DNA of 64,000 bases from Oscillospiraceae bacterium (GTDB lineage: Bacteria > Bacillota > Clostridia > Oscillospirales > Oscillospiraceae), in NCBI GenBank assembly GCA_017469795.1, contig JAFUFT010000016.1, positions 16,555 through 80,554 on the forward strand, written 5' to 3'. The position numbers and the translations under genes are program-made. How positions within the stretch are numbered: position 1 is the stretch's first letter; each line of letters opens with the position of its first letter. This document shows positions 9,618 through 22,508 of the stretch, in pieces. Under the pieces are notes generated by a model, which was given only the letters and a program-made list of their open reading frames with translations, searched no databases and had not been told where the DNA came from.

Positions 9618-10952
9618 TCAGTTTTGCCCGATGGTTGTCGTTTCCCGATCCCAGCCGCCGCGGGTATAGTGGAACATCTCCGCGATCTCCGCCAGGGTTG
9701 CGGTCCCTTCCCAGACCTCCGCCGCCGCCAGCGTCACCGCAAAGATGGTCTCACTGTCGCTGAACAGCGTGATCAGGTTGTGTTCCGCCGCATAGGTCTG
9801 CCGCTGGGCGCCCCGCAGGGTATAGATGGTCAGGATCTCCTGGGGCATATCTCCCTTCCGGAGCTGATACAGGGTCACCGTGCTGACGGTGGGCGACTCA
9901 TCCCCGGCCTTGATGGTCAGGTTCTCTTTCCAGGCGTCCAGCAGCTGCAGATACCAGTTCTCGCTGAAGTTCTGGTAGGTGGTGAATACATCCCGGCATG
10001 TGCCGTCCGGCTCCAGACGGAACCAGTCGATAACCCACTGGGCGGCGCTGCCGCTGTCGTAGGCGGGAAGCTGCCGGGTCCGCGGAATTTCGATCAGTCC
10101 ATCGCCGTCCAGATCCACCGGATAGACGTAATAGCTGTGGATGGGAGCCGCGCTGAATGCGTCCTCTCCGGTGGAAACGGCGGAGAGTCCGTCCTCTGTC
10201 ATGGTAAACACATCCGTCAGAAGCATGCCCTCGGGAGAAACACCGGAAAACAGGATCCCGTTTTGCTCCTCCGACAGCCTACCCTGCAGGGTCTGCCGGT
10301 AATTCTCATAGGTAAACCGCAGGCGCTGCTCCCCGACCCGGTGGAATTCCCCGCCGTCGCAGTCATAGACCTCCAGCACGGCCGGGCTGTCGACTCCGCT
10401 CCCGGTCAGACAGACCAGCTCCGGCAGCACGTCGCTGTCCAGATCGTACAGTCCATACCGGCTGCAGCTTGCCGTCAGTACAGAGGCCGCCTCTCCGCCG
10501 GCATACCGGTAGACCTGCAGCGCCTGGGGCAGCGATTCGCTGACCTGATAGGCGATCAGCAGCTCCATGCTTCCGGAGCCGTCCATGTCGGCGTATTCCA
10601 CCGACGACACCGCTGTTCCGGCGCCGTCGATCACGGCGGCGGTGGTGAAGATCCCCTCGTTCCGGGACAGGATGTAGACCTTGACTTCCCCGGCCGAGGA
10701 CCGGAAAAAGGCAACCGCTTCGTCCTGTCCGTCGCCATCCAGATCCGTCAGCTGCACCGGCTCCCGCCGGGGTCCCGACGCCGGCGCCAGATAGTTCAGC
10801 CCCTCAGCCAGGATGCCGTTTAGCGTATTCTGAAGGTCATAGTAATCCTCTGAGGCTCGGGGCAGCGAATACAGCTCTTCATAAGACAGCCCGCATCCCG
10901 CCAGCATACACACCGCCAGCGCCAGTGCCAGCAGCCTGATCCACCGTCTCAC
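9618..10952 (-). CDS. lipoprotein with FG-GAP/VCBS-like DxDGDG repeats, function unknown
   Basis: The 444-aa ORF has a GTG start after GGGAGG and a signal peptide with a lipobox (LALAVCMLAGC). It has recurring calcium-type motifs (LTDLDGDGQDEAV, YADMDGSGSMELL, VDLDGDGLIEIP). It is the first gene of the lipoprotein-RR-HK run. Confidence 0.65.
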   Translation of the reverse strand: MRRWIRLLALALAVCMLAGCGLSYEELYSLPRASEDYYDLQNTLNGILAEGLNYLAPASGPRREPVQLTDLDGDGQDEAVAFFRSSAGEVKVYILSRNEGIFTTAAVIDGAGTAVSSVEYADMDGSGSMELLIAYQVSESLPQALQVYRYAGGEAASVLTASCSRYGLYDLDSDVLPELVCLTGSGVDSPAVLEVYDCDGGEFHRVGEQRLRFTYENYRQTLQGRLSEEQNGILFSGVSPEGMLLTDVFTMTEDGLSAVSTGEDAFSAAPIHSYYVYPVDLDGDGLIEIPRTRQLPAYDSGSAAQWVIDWFRLEPDGTCRDVFTTYQNFSENWYLQLLDAWKENLTIKAGDESPTVSTVTLYQLRKGDMPQEILTIYTLRGAQRQTYAAEHNLITLFSDSETIFAVTLAAAEVWEGTATLAEIAEMFHYTRGGWDRETTTIGQN

Positions 10953-11053
10953 AGCCCGACCTCCCTTCTTTCGTTGTTTGTGTCCATACAGGATTAATTA
11001 TAACACATTCTGTAACAAATTGATAGCGGTTTTTCTCCGCACCCAGGGGAAAA

Positions 11054-11090
11054 TTTACAAAAGAATTCCCTGCCGGAAACGGCAGGGAAT
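11054..11090 (-). terminator. intrinsic terminator after dnaE
   Basis: The hairpin is ATTCCCTGCCG-tttc-CGGCAGGGAAT (11065-11090), followed on the minus strand by UCUUUUGUAAA. Confidence 0.7.
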
Positions 11091-11099
11091 CATTTGTTG

Positions 11100-14579
<3,480 letters not shown>

Positions 14580-14583
14580 GACG

Positions 14584-15021
14584 TTATCCTTTCCCGTCCG
14601 CAGTGTCCTTTCCCTGCTTCCGATCCCGGAGCCGCAGATGCTTTTCCGCGGCCCGGAGGGTCATCTTGTCGTTCTCAAAGGTCAGGGCGCGCAGCGCCTG
14701 GGCATAGGGCAGCACCAGCACCTTCAGAAACTCCTCCGGGTTCTGATGGGCCTCCTGCCGGGAATACTCCCCCAGGAAATACACCACCCGCTTGTCGTTG
14801 CCGCTGCGCATATGATATGTAACGATCCGCCGGAACCCCGGCACCAGCCGGGCCGATACGCAGGTTTCCTCCTTGACCTCCCGGAGGGCGGTCTCCCGCT
14901 CGCTCTCCCCCGGTTCCATGTGCCCCTTGGGCAGTCCCACATAGCTTCCCTTTACCAGAACATAATGCCGCTGGCCGTCCTTCTCCGTGGCTACGACGGC
15001 GCCGCAGGATCTCTCCAACAT
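14584..15021 (-). CDS. NUDIX hydrolase
   Basis: The 145-aa ORF has the Nudix box GHMEPGESERETALREVKEETC. Confidence 0.85.
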   Translation of the reverse strand: MLERSCGAVVATEKDGQRHYVLVKGSYVGLPKGHMEPGESERETALREVKEETCVSARLVPGFRRIVTYHMRSGNDKRVVYFLGEYSRQEAHQNPEEFLKVLVLPYAQALRALTFENDKMTLRAAEKHLRLRDRKQGKDTADGKG

Positions 15022-15047
15022 ACCCCTCTTGCTCCTCTTGTTCCTTG

Positions 15048-15941
15048 TTACTGTTTGCTGCGCTCGATGATGCTGCGCAGCCGGTGGCTCATGGCCGGCT
15101 TGCTCACCGGCGGATCCGCCAGCGCCGCCAGTTCCGACAGGGTGGCCGCAGGGTTGCTCTCCCGCAGCTGCGCCGCCTCCCGGAGCTTCTCCGGCAAACT
15201 GTCAAAGCACCCCTGCTCTCTCAAACTCCGAATGGCGGTGAGCTGCTGCTGTGCCGCGTCCACCGCCTTGTCCAGATTCGCCGTCTCACAGTTGACCCGG
15301 CGGTTGACCCGGTTCCGGACCGATTTTTCCATCTTTGCCTGGATGATCTTCATGGCCTGCAGGGGCGCACCGATCATGGTCAGGAAGTCCACGATCATAT
15401 CGCTCTGCTTCAGGTAGAGCACGCTGCTGCCCGCCCGCTGGGTGTCCTTGGGCTCAAATCCCAACTCCTGCAGCAGGCTTCTGGCCTCGGCGCTGACCTT
15501 CCGGTGGCTCGTCACCAGCTCCAGATGATACCGCTTGTCCGGATCCGTCACGCTGCCGCCCGCCAGAAACGCGCCGCGGATGAAGCTCTGCCGGCAGCAC
15601 TCCTTTTCCACCATACCGAAGTTGACGTGCATGGCCAGGGAGTCGTGCTCCTGGCCGTAGGCCCGGAAGATCGTCTCCAGCTTGTCCGGATCGTCGATCA
15701 CGAACATATGTTTGCCGGGCTGATCCAGATCCGGGTCCTGGTCAAACTCCAGGCCGAAGGTCCGGCGGAACAGTCTTGGCAGCCGCTGGGCAAAGGGCAG
15801 ATTCTCCGTAATGATGCGGATCTCCCGCTTGGTGAAGGTGTTGCAGTAGAGCAGGATCCCGTAGCACTCCGCCAGCCGGCAGCATTTTTTCTCCGGCAGG
15901 GTCTGACACAGCTCCTCCCGTACTTCTGAAGCAAAGGACAT
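15048..15941 (-). CDS. whiA: DNA-binding sporulation/cell-division regulator WhiA
   Basis: I trimmed the start to the ATG at 15941 (MSFASEVREEL...), which follows AGGAGGGACGGAG. The ORF has a LAGLIDADG-like domain and a C-terminal HTH. It shows conserved synteny with yvcK-rapZ. Confidence 0.9.
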   Translation of the reverse strand: MSFASEVREELCQTLPEKKCCRLAECYGILLYCNTFTKREIRIITENLPFAQRLPRLFRRTFGLEFDQDPDLDQPGKHMFVIDDPDKLETIFRAYGQEHDSLAMHVNFGMVEKECCRQSFIRGAFLAGGSVTDPDKRYHLELVTSHRKVSAEARSLLQELGFEPKDTQRAGSSVLYLKQSDMIVDFLTMIGAPLQAMKIIQAKMEKSVRNRVNRRVNCETANLDKAVDAAQQQLTAIRSLREQGCFDSLPEKLREAAQLRESNPAATLSELAALADPPVSKPAMSHRLRSIIERSKQ

Positions 15942-15952
15942 CTCCGTCCCTC

Positions 15953-16969
15953 CTATCTGCGGGAATTGACGGTTCTTCTTCCCTCTTTCCGCCACAGCTC
16001 CAGGATCGCCTTGGCCAGGAGGTCCGGATCGTGGCGGGCGTATTCGCTGCTGTCGGAAAGCAGCGGGGCCGTGAACAGCTTGACCCCCAGCTTTTCGATC
16101 TCCTCCCAGTCCAGCACGATCTCCCCGGCGCCCTCCCGGTTGTACTCCTCCCGCAGATGCTCCGGCACCGGGCAGAGATTGGCAAGACAGGCGTCCACCA
16201 CATTGCCGCTGTGACGGGTCAGCTCCCGCACATGGTCCGCGGCGGTGTAGCCCTCCGTCTCGCCGTCCTGGGTCATCAGGTTCATGATCATCAGCTTATA
16301 GGCTTTGGATTGCTCCACCGCCTCCGTCACGCCGCTGACCAGAAAGTTCGGGATGATGCTGGTGTACAGGCTTCCCGGCCCGATCAGGATCAGGTCCGCC
16401 CGCTCGATGGCCCGAAGGCTCTCCGGGTAGGCCTGGGGATGCTCCGGCATCAGCACCACCCGCCGGATACCCTTGCGGGTCTCCTTTTTGTGGTAGAAGA
16501 TGGCGCTCTCCCCTAAAACGGTGGAGCCGTCGTCAAACTGGGCCTGCAGATGGATATCCTGCTCCGTCACCGGCAGGACCCGGCCCGTGACGGCCAGCAC
16601 CTCTCCCATGGCCCGAACCGCTTCGGCAAAGGAGCCGCAGATCCCGTTGAGGGCTGCAAGCAGAAGATTCCCGAAGTTCTGGCCGCTGAGGGACCCCTCG
16701 GAAAACCGATAGGTCATCAGCTGCTCCATGACCAGGTCCGTGTTGGCCAGCGCCAGCACGCAGTCCCGGGCGTCTCCGGGGGGCAGCATGCCGAGGTCCT
16801 GCCGGAGCATGCCGCTGCCGCCGCCGTCATCGGCCATGGTGACAATGGCAGTGATGTCCCTGACGTAGCGCTTGAGGCCCCGGAGCATGGTGGACAGACC
16901 GTGGCCGCCGCCGATGGCGACTACCCGGGGCAGGGCGCCCGGTGAGTATAATCTTACTTCCTCGTCCAT
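15953..16969 (-). CDS. yvcK: YvcK/CofD-like gluconeogenesis factor (UPF0052)
   Basis: I trimmed the start to MDEEVRLY... at 16969. The ORF has the motif VAIGGGHGLSTMLRGLK. It sits between rapZ and whiA, as in Bacillus. Confidence 0.85.
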   Translation of the reverse strand: MDEEVRLYSPGALPRVVAIGGGHGLSTMLRGLKRYVRDITAIVTMADDGGGSGMLRQDLGMLPPGDARDCVLALANTDLVMEQLMTYRFSEGSLSGQNFGNLLLAALNGICGSFAEAVRAMGEVLAVTGRVLPVTEQDIHLQAQFDDGSTVLGESAIFYHKKETRKGIRRVVLMPEHPQAYPESLRAIERADLILIGPGSLYTSIIPNFLVSGVTEAVEQSKAYKLMIMNLMTQDGETEGYTAADHVRELTRHSGNVVDACLANLCPVPEHLREEYNREGAGEIVLDWEEIEKLGVKLFTAPLLSDSSEYARHDPDLLAKAILELWRKEGRRTVNSRR

Positions 16970-16980
16970 GACGTCCTCCG

Positions 16981-17841
16981 TTATCCCCGGTCGATGTCCC
17001 GGTGGTTGACCACCGTGGGGAAGCCCCGCTTGGCCACGTATTCTCCGATGGCTCTGGCCACCGCCACCGACCGGTGCCGGCCGCCGGTGCATCCCACCGC
17101 GATCACCAGCTCGGTCTTTCCCTCCTCAAAGTACAGGGGCAGGGAAAAGGCCAGCAGATCCTCCACCCGGGTCATGTAGTCCGCCGTCTGCTGGTAGGAG
17201 AACACGAAGTCCCGGACCTCGGGCATCAGGCCGGTCTTCTGCCGCAGCTCCGCGATGTAGTAGGGGTTGGGCAGGAACCGCACGTCAAAGACCAGATCCG
17301 CATCCATGGGCAGGCCATATTTGAAGCCGAAGGACTGGACGTTGACCACCATGGCCCGCTGGGGTTCATCGCCCTCAAAGAGCCGGATCAGCTCGCTGCG
17401 AAGGCCCGCCGTGGTCAGGGCGGAGGTGTCGATAAGATAGTTCGCCCGCTCCCGGACCCTGGCCAGGAGCTGCTTTTCCTTGATCACCGCGTCCTGCAGG
17501 GGCGTGCCGTCCTTGCTCAGCGGGTGGGACCGGCGGGTCTCCTTGTAGCGGTGGACGATGACCTCCGTGGCCGCCTCCACATAGACCACGGAGTACTCCA
17601 CCCCTTTGGCGTCCAGGGCGTCCATGGCGTCCAGCAGCCCGCTGAAGCTCTGGCCCGCCCGGACGTCCGACACCAGCGCCACCTTCTCAAAGCGGCCTGT
17701 GGTGGCCAGACAGATCTCCGCAAACTGTCCGATGAGCTCCGGCGGCAGGTTGTCCACGCAGTAGTAGCCCAGATCCTCCAGAATGGAGGCAGTCCGGCTC
17801 TTGCCCGCGCCGGACTGTCCCGTAACGATCAGAAACCTCAT
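16981..17841 (-). CDS. rapZ: RNase adapter protein RapZ (YvcJ)
   Basis: The 286-aa ORF has the P-loop IVTGQSGAGKSRTASILEDLGYYCVDNLP. Confidence 0.9.
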   Translation of the reverse strand: MRFLIVTGQSGAGKSRTASILEDLGYYCVDNLPPELIGQFAEICLATTGRFEKVALVSDVRAGQSFSGLLDAMDALDAKGVEYSVVYVEAATEVIVHRYKETRRSHPLSKDGTPLQDAVIKEKQLLARVRERANYLIDTSALTTAGLRSELIRLFEGDEPQRAMVVNVQSFGFKYGLPMDADLVFDVRFLPNPYYIAELRQKTGLMPEVRDFVFSYQQTADYMTRVEDLLAFSLPLYFEEGKTELVIAVGCTGGRHRSVAVARAIGEYVAKRGFPTVVNHRDIDRG

Positions 17842-18758
17842 TTGTTTTCGCCTCCCAGGATCCGCACCTCCGGCTCCAGACGGATGCCGCTCCGGTCATA
17901 GACCCGCTGCTGCACCTGACGCATCAGCGCCAGGACGTCCGCCTCCGTGGCGCCGCCCCGGTTGATGACGAAGCCCGCGTGTTTTTCGCTGACCTGAGCG
18001 CCGCCCACGGTCAGGCCCTTGAGTCCCGCCTCGTCGATCAGCGCCGCCGCGTAGGCGCCCTCAGGCCGCTTAAAGGTGCTGCCGGCCGACGGATACTCCA
18101 GCGGCTGCGAGGTCTTCCGCCGTTCCATCAGCTCCGACATTCTGGCCCGGATCTGCGTCTTGTCCCCGGGCTGCAGCCGGAACCGCACCCGGAGGATCAC
18201 ACATTCCTCCGACATAAAACGGCTGCGGCGGTAGCCGAGATCCAGTTCCTCGGCCCCTAGCTCCGTCACAGTCCCGTAGGGATACAGCACCGTGGCGCCG
18301 GAGACCACCTGACGGAGTTCCCCGCCATAGGCGCCGGCATTCATATACAATCCGCCGCCCACCGTTCCGGGGATCCCGTGGGCAAATTCCAGGCCGGTCA
18401 GTCCCCGGTCCGCCGCAAAGGCCGCCAGCCGGGCGAGCGTAGCACCGCTTTCCGCCTCCAGCACGCCGCCGCCCAGATCCGTGATCCGGTTGAAGTTGGT
18501 TTTCGTCTCGATCATCAGGGCGTCGAGTCCCTCGTCCGGGGACAGCACGTTGGTGCCCGCGCCCAGGACCATGGGCGTGATCCTGACCTCCCGGCTCTTC
18601 TGATAAATGTCCCGGATCTGCTGCTCCGACTCCGGGAAGGTCATCACCGCCACAGGTCCTCCGATCTGGAAGGACGTGTGCCGGCACAGCAGTTCGCCCT
18701 GCTTCAGGGGAACGCCGCACAGCTGCAGCTCCGTGATCAGTTCCTGCAGATGTTCCAT
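17838..18758 (-). CDS. murB: UDP-N-acetylenolpyruvoylglucosamine reductase
   Basis: The 306-aa ORF has an FAD-binding PCMH domain (TSFQIGGP..., LGAGTNVL) and a MurB C-terminal domain (SAGSTFKRP). Confidence 0.9.
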   Translation of the reverse strand: MEHLQELITELQLCGVPLKQGELLCRHTSFQIGGPVAVMTFPESEQQIRDIYQKSREVRITPMVLGAGTNVLSPDEGLDALMIETKTNFNRITDLGGGVLEAESGATLARLAAFAADRGLTGLEFAHGIPGTVGGGLYMNAGAYGGELRQVVSGATVLYPYGTVTELGAEELDLGYRRSRFMSEECVILRVRFRLQPGDKTQIRARMSELMERRKTSQPLEYPSAGSTFKRPEGAYAAALIDEAGLKGLTVGGAQVSEKHAGFVINRGGATEADVLALMRQVQQRVYDRSGIRLEPEVRILGGENK

Positions 18759-18855
18759 CGTCAGCCCTCCTTTTGGGGATGGGTGTAGGTATTATTATTG
18801 TACCACAGCTTCCCGCCGTTGTCACGTTATAATATACGGCGGCGCCGGCGGTCCA

Positions 18856-18889
18856 TGCAAAGCGCCCGCCGCATGGAATGCGGCGGGCG
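18856..18889 (-). terminator. hairpin/terminator after ileS (weak U tract)
   Basis: The 12-bp GC-rich stem is CGCCCGCCGCAT-tcc-ATGCGGCGGGCG (18863-18889), followed on the minus strand only by CUUUGCA. Confidence 0.5.
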
Positions 18890-18901
18890 TCTGTCTCGGA
18901 A

Positions 18902-21703
18902 TCATTCGATGACCATGTTTTGGAGCACGGCGGCGCACCGGGGGCAGAGCTCCGTCTCCGGATCCACCAGTTCGCTGTGGGTCCAGCACCGGCTGCATTT
19001 GGGCGCCTCGGAGGGCTTCACCGCGACGGTCACGCCGGGGAAGTTCTCACCGGGCAGGCCTTCGCCTTCGCCGTCCTCCACCGTCACCTTGGAGACGATG
19101 CAGATGGCGGCCAGATCCTGCTGTCCCATGGCGTCAAAGGCCTTCCGGCCCTCTTCGCTGAGGTACAGGGTGATCTCCGCGTCCAGGGGCTTGCCCACAA
19201 TCTTCTGGGCCCGGGAGAGCTCCAGCGCTTTGTTGACGTCGGTCCGCAGGGCGATGACCGCATCCCACCGGGCCTTTTCCTCCTCCGGCAGCGCCAGGCT
19301 GTCGTCGGGATCGGGGATATCGCCCAGCAGCACGCAGCTGGGGTCGTCCGAAGCACTGTGGGGCATGGCGGCCCAGATCTCCTCGGAGGTGAAGGCCAGC
19401 AGCGGCGTCAGCAGCCGGGTCATGCCGCAGAGAATCCGGTACAGGGCGGACTGGGCGGACAGACGGGTCTCGTCATCGCCGCAGTAGAGCCGGTCCTTGA
19501 TGATGTCCAGATAGAAATTGGACATATCCACCACGCAGAAGTTGTAGATCGCCCGGTAGACCAGATGGAACTCATACCGGTCGTAGGCCGCCCGGACTGT
19601 CTTCACCAGCTCGTTGTACTGGCCGAGGGCCCACCGGTCCAGAGGCTCCAAAACTTCATAGGCCGCCGGACGGTCCGGATCGAAACCGTTCAGGTTGCCC
19701 AGCATATACCGGGCCGTGTTGCGGATCTTCAGATAGGCCTGGGAGAGCTGTTTCAGGATCTCCTTGGAGATGCGCATATCCTGGGTGTAGTCCGCGGAGG
19801 CGACCCACAGCCGGAGCATATCCGCGCCGTAGTCCTTGATGACCTCATCGGGGGCCACCGCGTTGCCCAGGGACTTGTGCATGGCCTTGCCTTCACCGTC
19901 CACGGTCCAGCCGTGGGTGATGATCTGCTTGTAGGGGGCGACGCCCTTCATGGCAATGGAGGTCAACATGGAGGACTGGAACCATCCGCGATACTGATCG
20001 CCGCCCTCCAGATACACGTCCGCCGGGAAGGTCAGCTCCGGGCGCTGGTCCACCACAGCCGCGTGAGTGGAGCCGGAGTCGAACCACACGTCCATGATGT
20101 CCGTCTCCTTGGAGAAGTGGTCATGGCCGCAGGCCGGGCATTTGAATCCGGCGGGCACCAGCTCGTCGGCAGTCTTTTCAAACCAGATGTTGGAGCCGTG
20201 ATCCCGGAACAGGTTCGCCACATGGTCGATGGTCTCCGGAGTGACGATATCCTTGCCGCACTTGTCGCAGTAGAAGATCGGAATGGGCACGCCCCACTTC
20301 CGCTGCCGGGAGATGCACCAGTCGGAGCGCTCGGTGATCATGGAAGTCATGCGCTCCTTGCCCCAGGCGGGATGCCACTGGATGTTGTCGCAGGCGTCAA
20401 CCGCAGCCTGCTTGATGGCGTCAACGGAGCAGAACCACTGCTCGGTGGCCCGGTAGATGATGGGCTTCTTGCAGCGCCAGCAGTGGGGATAGGAGTGAAC
20501 GATGTCCTCCCGGGCCAGCAGCAGGCCCTTCTCCTCCAGCACAGGGATCACATAGTCGTTGGCCTTGGAGACGTGGATGCCGTTGAACATCTCGTCGGTC
20601 ATGACACCCTTGGCGTTGACGGGCACGTCGGTGCCGATATGGGTCAGGCCCGCCTTGTCGTACTTCTGGCAGATGTTGAAGTCATCCGCACCGAAGCCGG
20701 GGGCCGTGTGGACGCAGCCGGAGCCGGCCTCCAGCGTCACATGGTCGCCGCAGAGCACCACCGATTCCCGATCCAGGAAGGGGTGCTGGGCCGTCATCAG
20801 TTCAAAATCGCTGCCCATCAGGGTGGCAATGATCTCGTAGTGTTCGATCTTTGCGGCCTTTGCAACGGCCTCCGCCAGTTCCTTGGCCACAATATAGACC
20901 TCGCCGTTGTCCGCTCGAAGCAGCACATACTCAAAGTCGGGGTTGACGCAGATGGCCCGGTTGCCGGGCAGGGTCCAGGCCGTGGTGGTCCAGATCACAA
21001 AATAGGTCTTGCTGAGGTCCGTCAGGGAGGCGAGCTTTCCCTTGTCGTCCTTGACCTTAAACTTGACGAAGATGGTGACGGCAGGGTCGTCCTGATACTC
21101 GATCTCCGCCTCAGCCAGGGCCGTTTCGTCGGAGTAGCACCAGTACACGGGCTTCAGGCCCTTGTAGATATAGCCCTTTTCGGCCATCTTGCCAAAGACC
21201 CGGATCTGCTGGGCCTCAAAGTCGGGCTTCAGGGTCAGATAGGGGTTCTCCCAGTCGCCGATGACGCCCAGCCGCTGGAACTGGGTCCGTTGGCTGTCCA
21301 CATAGGACAGAGCGTACTCCCGGCACTTGTCCCGGAATTCCCCGTCGGTGAGCTCATCCCGCTTGATCTTCTTGTTCTTGAGGATCGCGGACTCGATGGG
21401 CAGGCCGTGGGTGTCCCAGCCGGGCACATAGGGCGCCTTGTAGCCGGTCATGTTCTTGTAGCGAACGATGATATCCTTGAGGATCTTGTTCAGGGCGTGT
21501 CCGATGTGGACGTCGCCGTTGGCGTAAGGAGGCCCGTCGTGGAGCACGAAGGTAGGCTTCCCATCGTTGCGGATCATGATCTTCTTGTAGGTCTCCTGCT
21601 CGTATTTCCCGTTGAGCAGCTCAGGCTCCCGCTTGGGAAGGCCCGCCCGCATGGGGAAATCCGTAACCGGAAGATGAATCGTCTTGTTGTAGTCCTTTGC
21701 CAT
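18902..21703 (-). CDS. ileS: isoleucine--tRNA ligase (type 1, C-terminal zinc finger)
   Basis: I trimmed the start to MAKDYNKTIHLP... at 21703. The ORF has the HIGH motif (PYANGDVHIGHALNK), a KMSKS variant (KMHKSLGN) and C-terminal CSRCW...CPRC. Confidence 0.95.
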   Translation of the reverse strand: MAKDYNKTIHLPVTDFPMRAGLPKREPELLNGKYEQETYKKIMIRNDGKPTFVLHDGPPYANGDVHIGHALNKILKDIIVRYKNMTGYKAPYVPGWDTHGLPIESAILKNKKIKRDELTDGEFRDKCREYALSYVDSQRTQFQRLGVIGDWENPYLTLKPDFEAQQIRVFGKMAEKGYIYKGLKPVYWCYSDETALAEAEIEYQDDPAVTIFVKFKVKDDKGKLASLTDLSKTYFVIWTTTAWTLPGNRAICVNPDFEYVLLRADNGEVYIVAKELAEAVAKAAKIEHYEIIATLMGSDFELMTAQHPFLDRESVVLCGDHVTLEAGSGCVHTAPGFGADDFNICQKYDKAGLTHIGTDVPVNAKGVMTDEMFNGIHVSKANDYVIPVLEEKGLLLAREDIVHSYPHCWRCKKPIIYRATEQWFCSVDAIKQAAVDACDNIQWHPAWGKERMTSMITERSDWCISRQRKWGVPIPIFYCDKCGKDIVTPETIDHVANLFRDHGSNIWFEKTADELVPAGFKCPACGHDHFSKETDIMDVWFDSGSTHAAVVDQRPELTFPADVYLEGGDQYRGWFQSSMLTSIAMKGVAPYKQIITHGWTVDGEGKAMHKSLGNAVAPDEVIKDYGADMLRLWVASADYTQDMRISKEILKQLSQAYLKIRNTARYMLGNLNGFDPDRPAAYEVLEPLDRWALGQYNELVKTVRAAYDRYEFHLVYRAIYNFCVVDMSNFYLDIIKDRLYCGDDETRLSAQSALYRILCGMTRLLTPLLAFTSEEIWAAMPHSASDDPSCVLLGDIPDPDDSLALPEEEKARWDAVIALRTDVNKALELSRAQKIVGKPLDAEITLYLSEEGRKAFDAMGQQDLAAICIVSKVTVEDGEGEGLPGENFPGVTVAVKPSEAPKCSRCWTHSELVDPETELCPRCAAVLQNMVIE

Positions 21704-21754
21704 TGATTGCTTATTCCCTTCTTCCGCCCCTTGGGCAGATATGTATTGCACCGT

Positions 21755-22432
21755 TTACTTTACGGGCTTCATCACTTTGGTATTGTCGATTTCGCTCTGA
21801 TCTCCGGACTCCGCCAGAATGCGGCTGATGTTCTCCTCGATCTCCCGGGCAGTATCCTCAGGCTTCTCCTCCGGGGCAGGCTGGGGCTTGGCCACCGCCC
21901 GCCGCAGCAGCGGATTGACCGAACCGGTGGTGACCCGGGAAGGCTCCTCCTGCGTGTCGCCGGATTTGACCGTCAGGTCCATCTGTTTGAGCTTCTCCAG
22001 CGTCACAAGCTGGGCCTGGACCCGGTCCTGCAGCTCCACGATGAACTTTGCGGCGGCCTGCTTGGCCAGCGTCACCCGCTCCTGTTCCGCGTTGACCTCC
22101 AGCATCAGCTCCTGATTCCGGGTCCGAAGCTTCTGCTCCGACTCGTTGAGCATTCTGGTGCTCTTGCGCTGGGCCTCCGCGACGATCTCGTCGGCGGTCT
22201 TCTGCGCCGCCAGGAGCGCGCTGGAAATGCCCTCTTCCTGATTGCGGTATTCCTCTATTTTTTCCGCCAGAGACTTCAGGCGGCTTTTGAGCACTGCGTT
22301 TTCTTTATACAGGGTGGCATAGTCCTCTGCCAGGGGCGTCAGCAGCTCCTCCACGGAACTGACGCTGTAACCGCCGAACACGGCCTTCTCCAGGCTGTCA
22401 CTGCGTTCCTGAATTTCCTGAGGGGTAAACAT
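21755..22432 (-). CDS. divIVA: DivIVA domain cell-division protein
   Basis: I trimmed the start to MFTPQEIQERSD... at 22432. The ORF has the DivIVA N-terminal lipid-binding motif (F..A.FGGY) and a long coiled coil. Confidence 0.8.
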   Translation of the reverse strand: MFTPQEIQERSDSLEKAVFGGYSVSSVEELLTPLAEDYATLYKENAVLKSRLKSLAEKIEEYRNQEEGISSALLAAQKTADEIVAEAQRKSTRMLNESEQKLRTRNQELMLEVNAEQERVTLAKQAAAKFIVELQDRVQAQLVTLEKLKQMDLTVKSGDTQEEPSRVTTGSVNPLLRRAVAKPQPAPEEKPEDTAREIEENISRILAESGDQSEIDNTKVMKPVK

Positions 22433-22461
22433 GACATTTCTCCTTTCTGTATTCCGAAAGA

Positions 22462-22494
22462 ACGCAAGGGCTCGGTCTTTCAACCAGCCCTTGC
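22462..22494 (-). terminator. stem-loop between sepF and divIVA (possible partial terminator or processing site)
   Basis: The hairpin is CGCAAGGGCU...AGCCCUUGCG with 10-bp arms (22462-22471 and 22485-22494), followed on the minus strand by UUCUUUCGG. Confidence 0.4.
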
Positions 22495-22508
22495 GACTTT
22501 ATTTGTGT

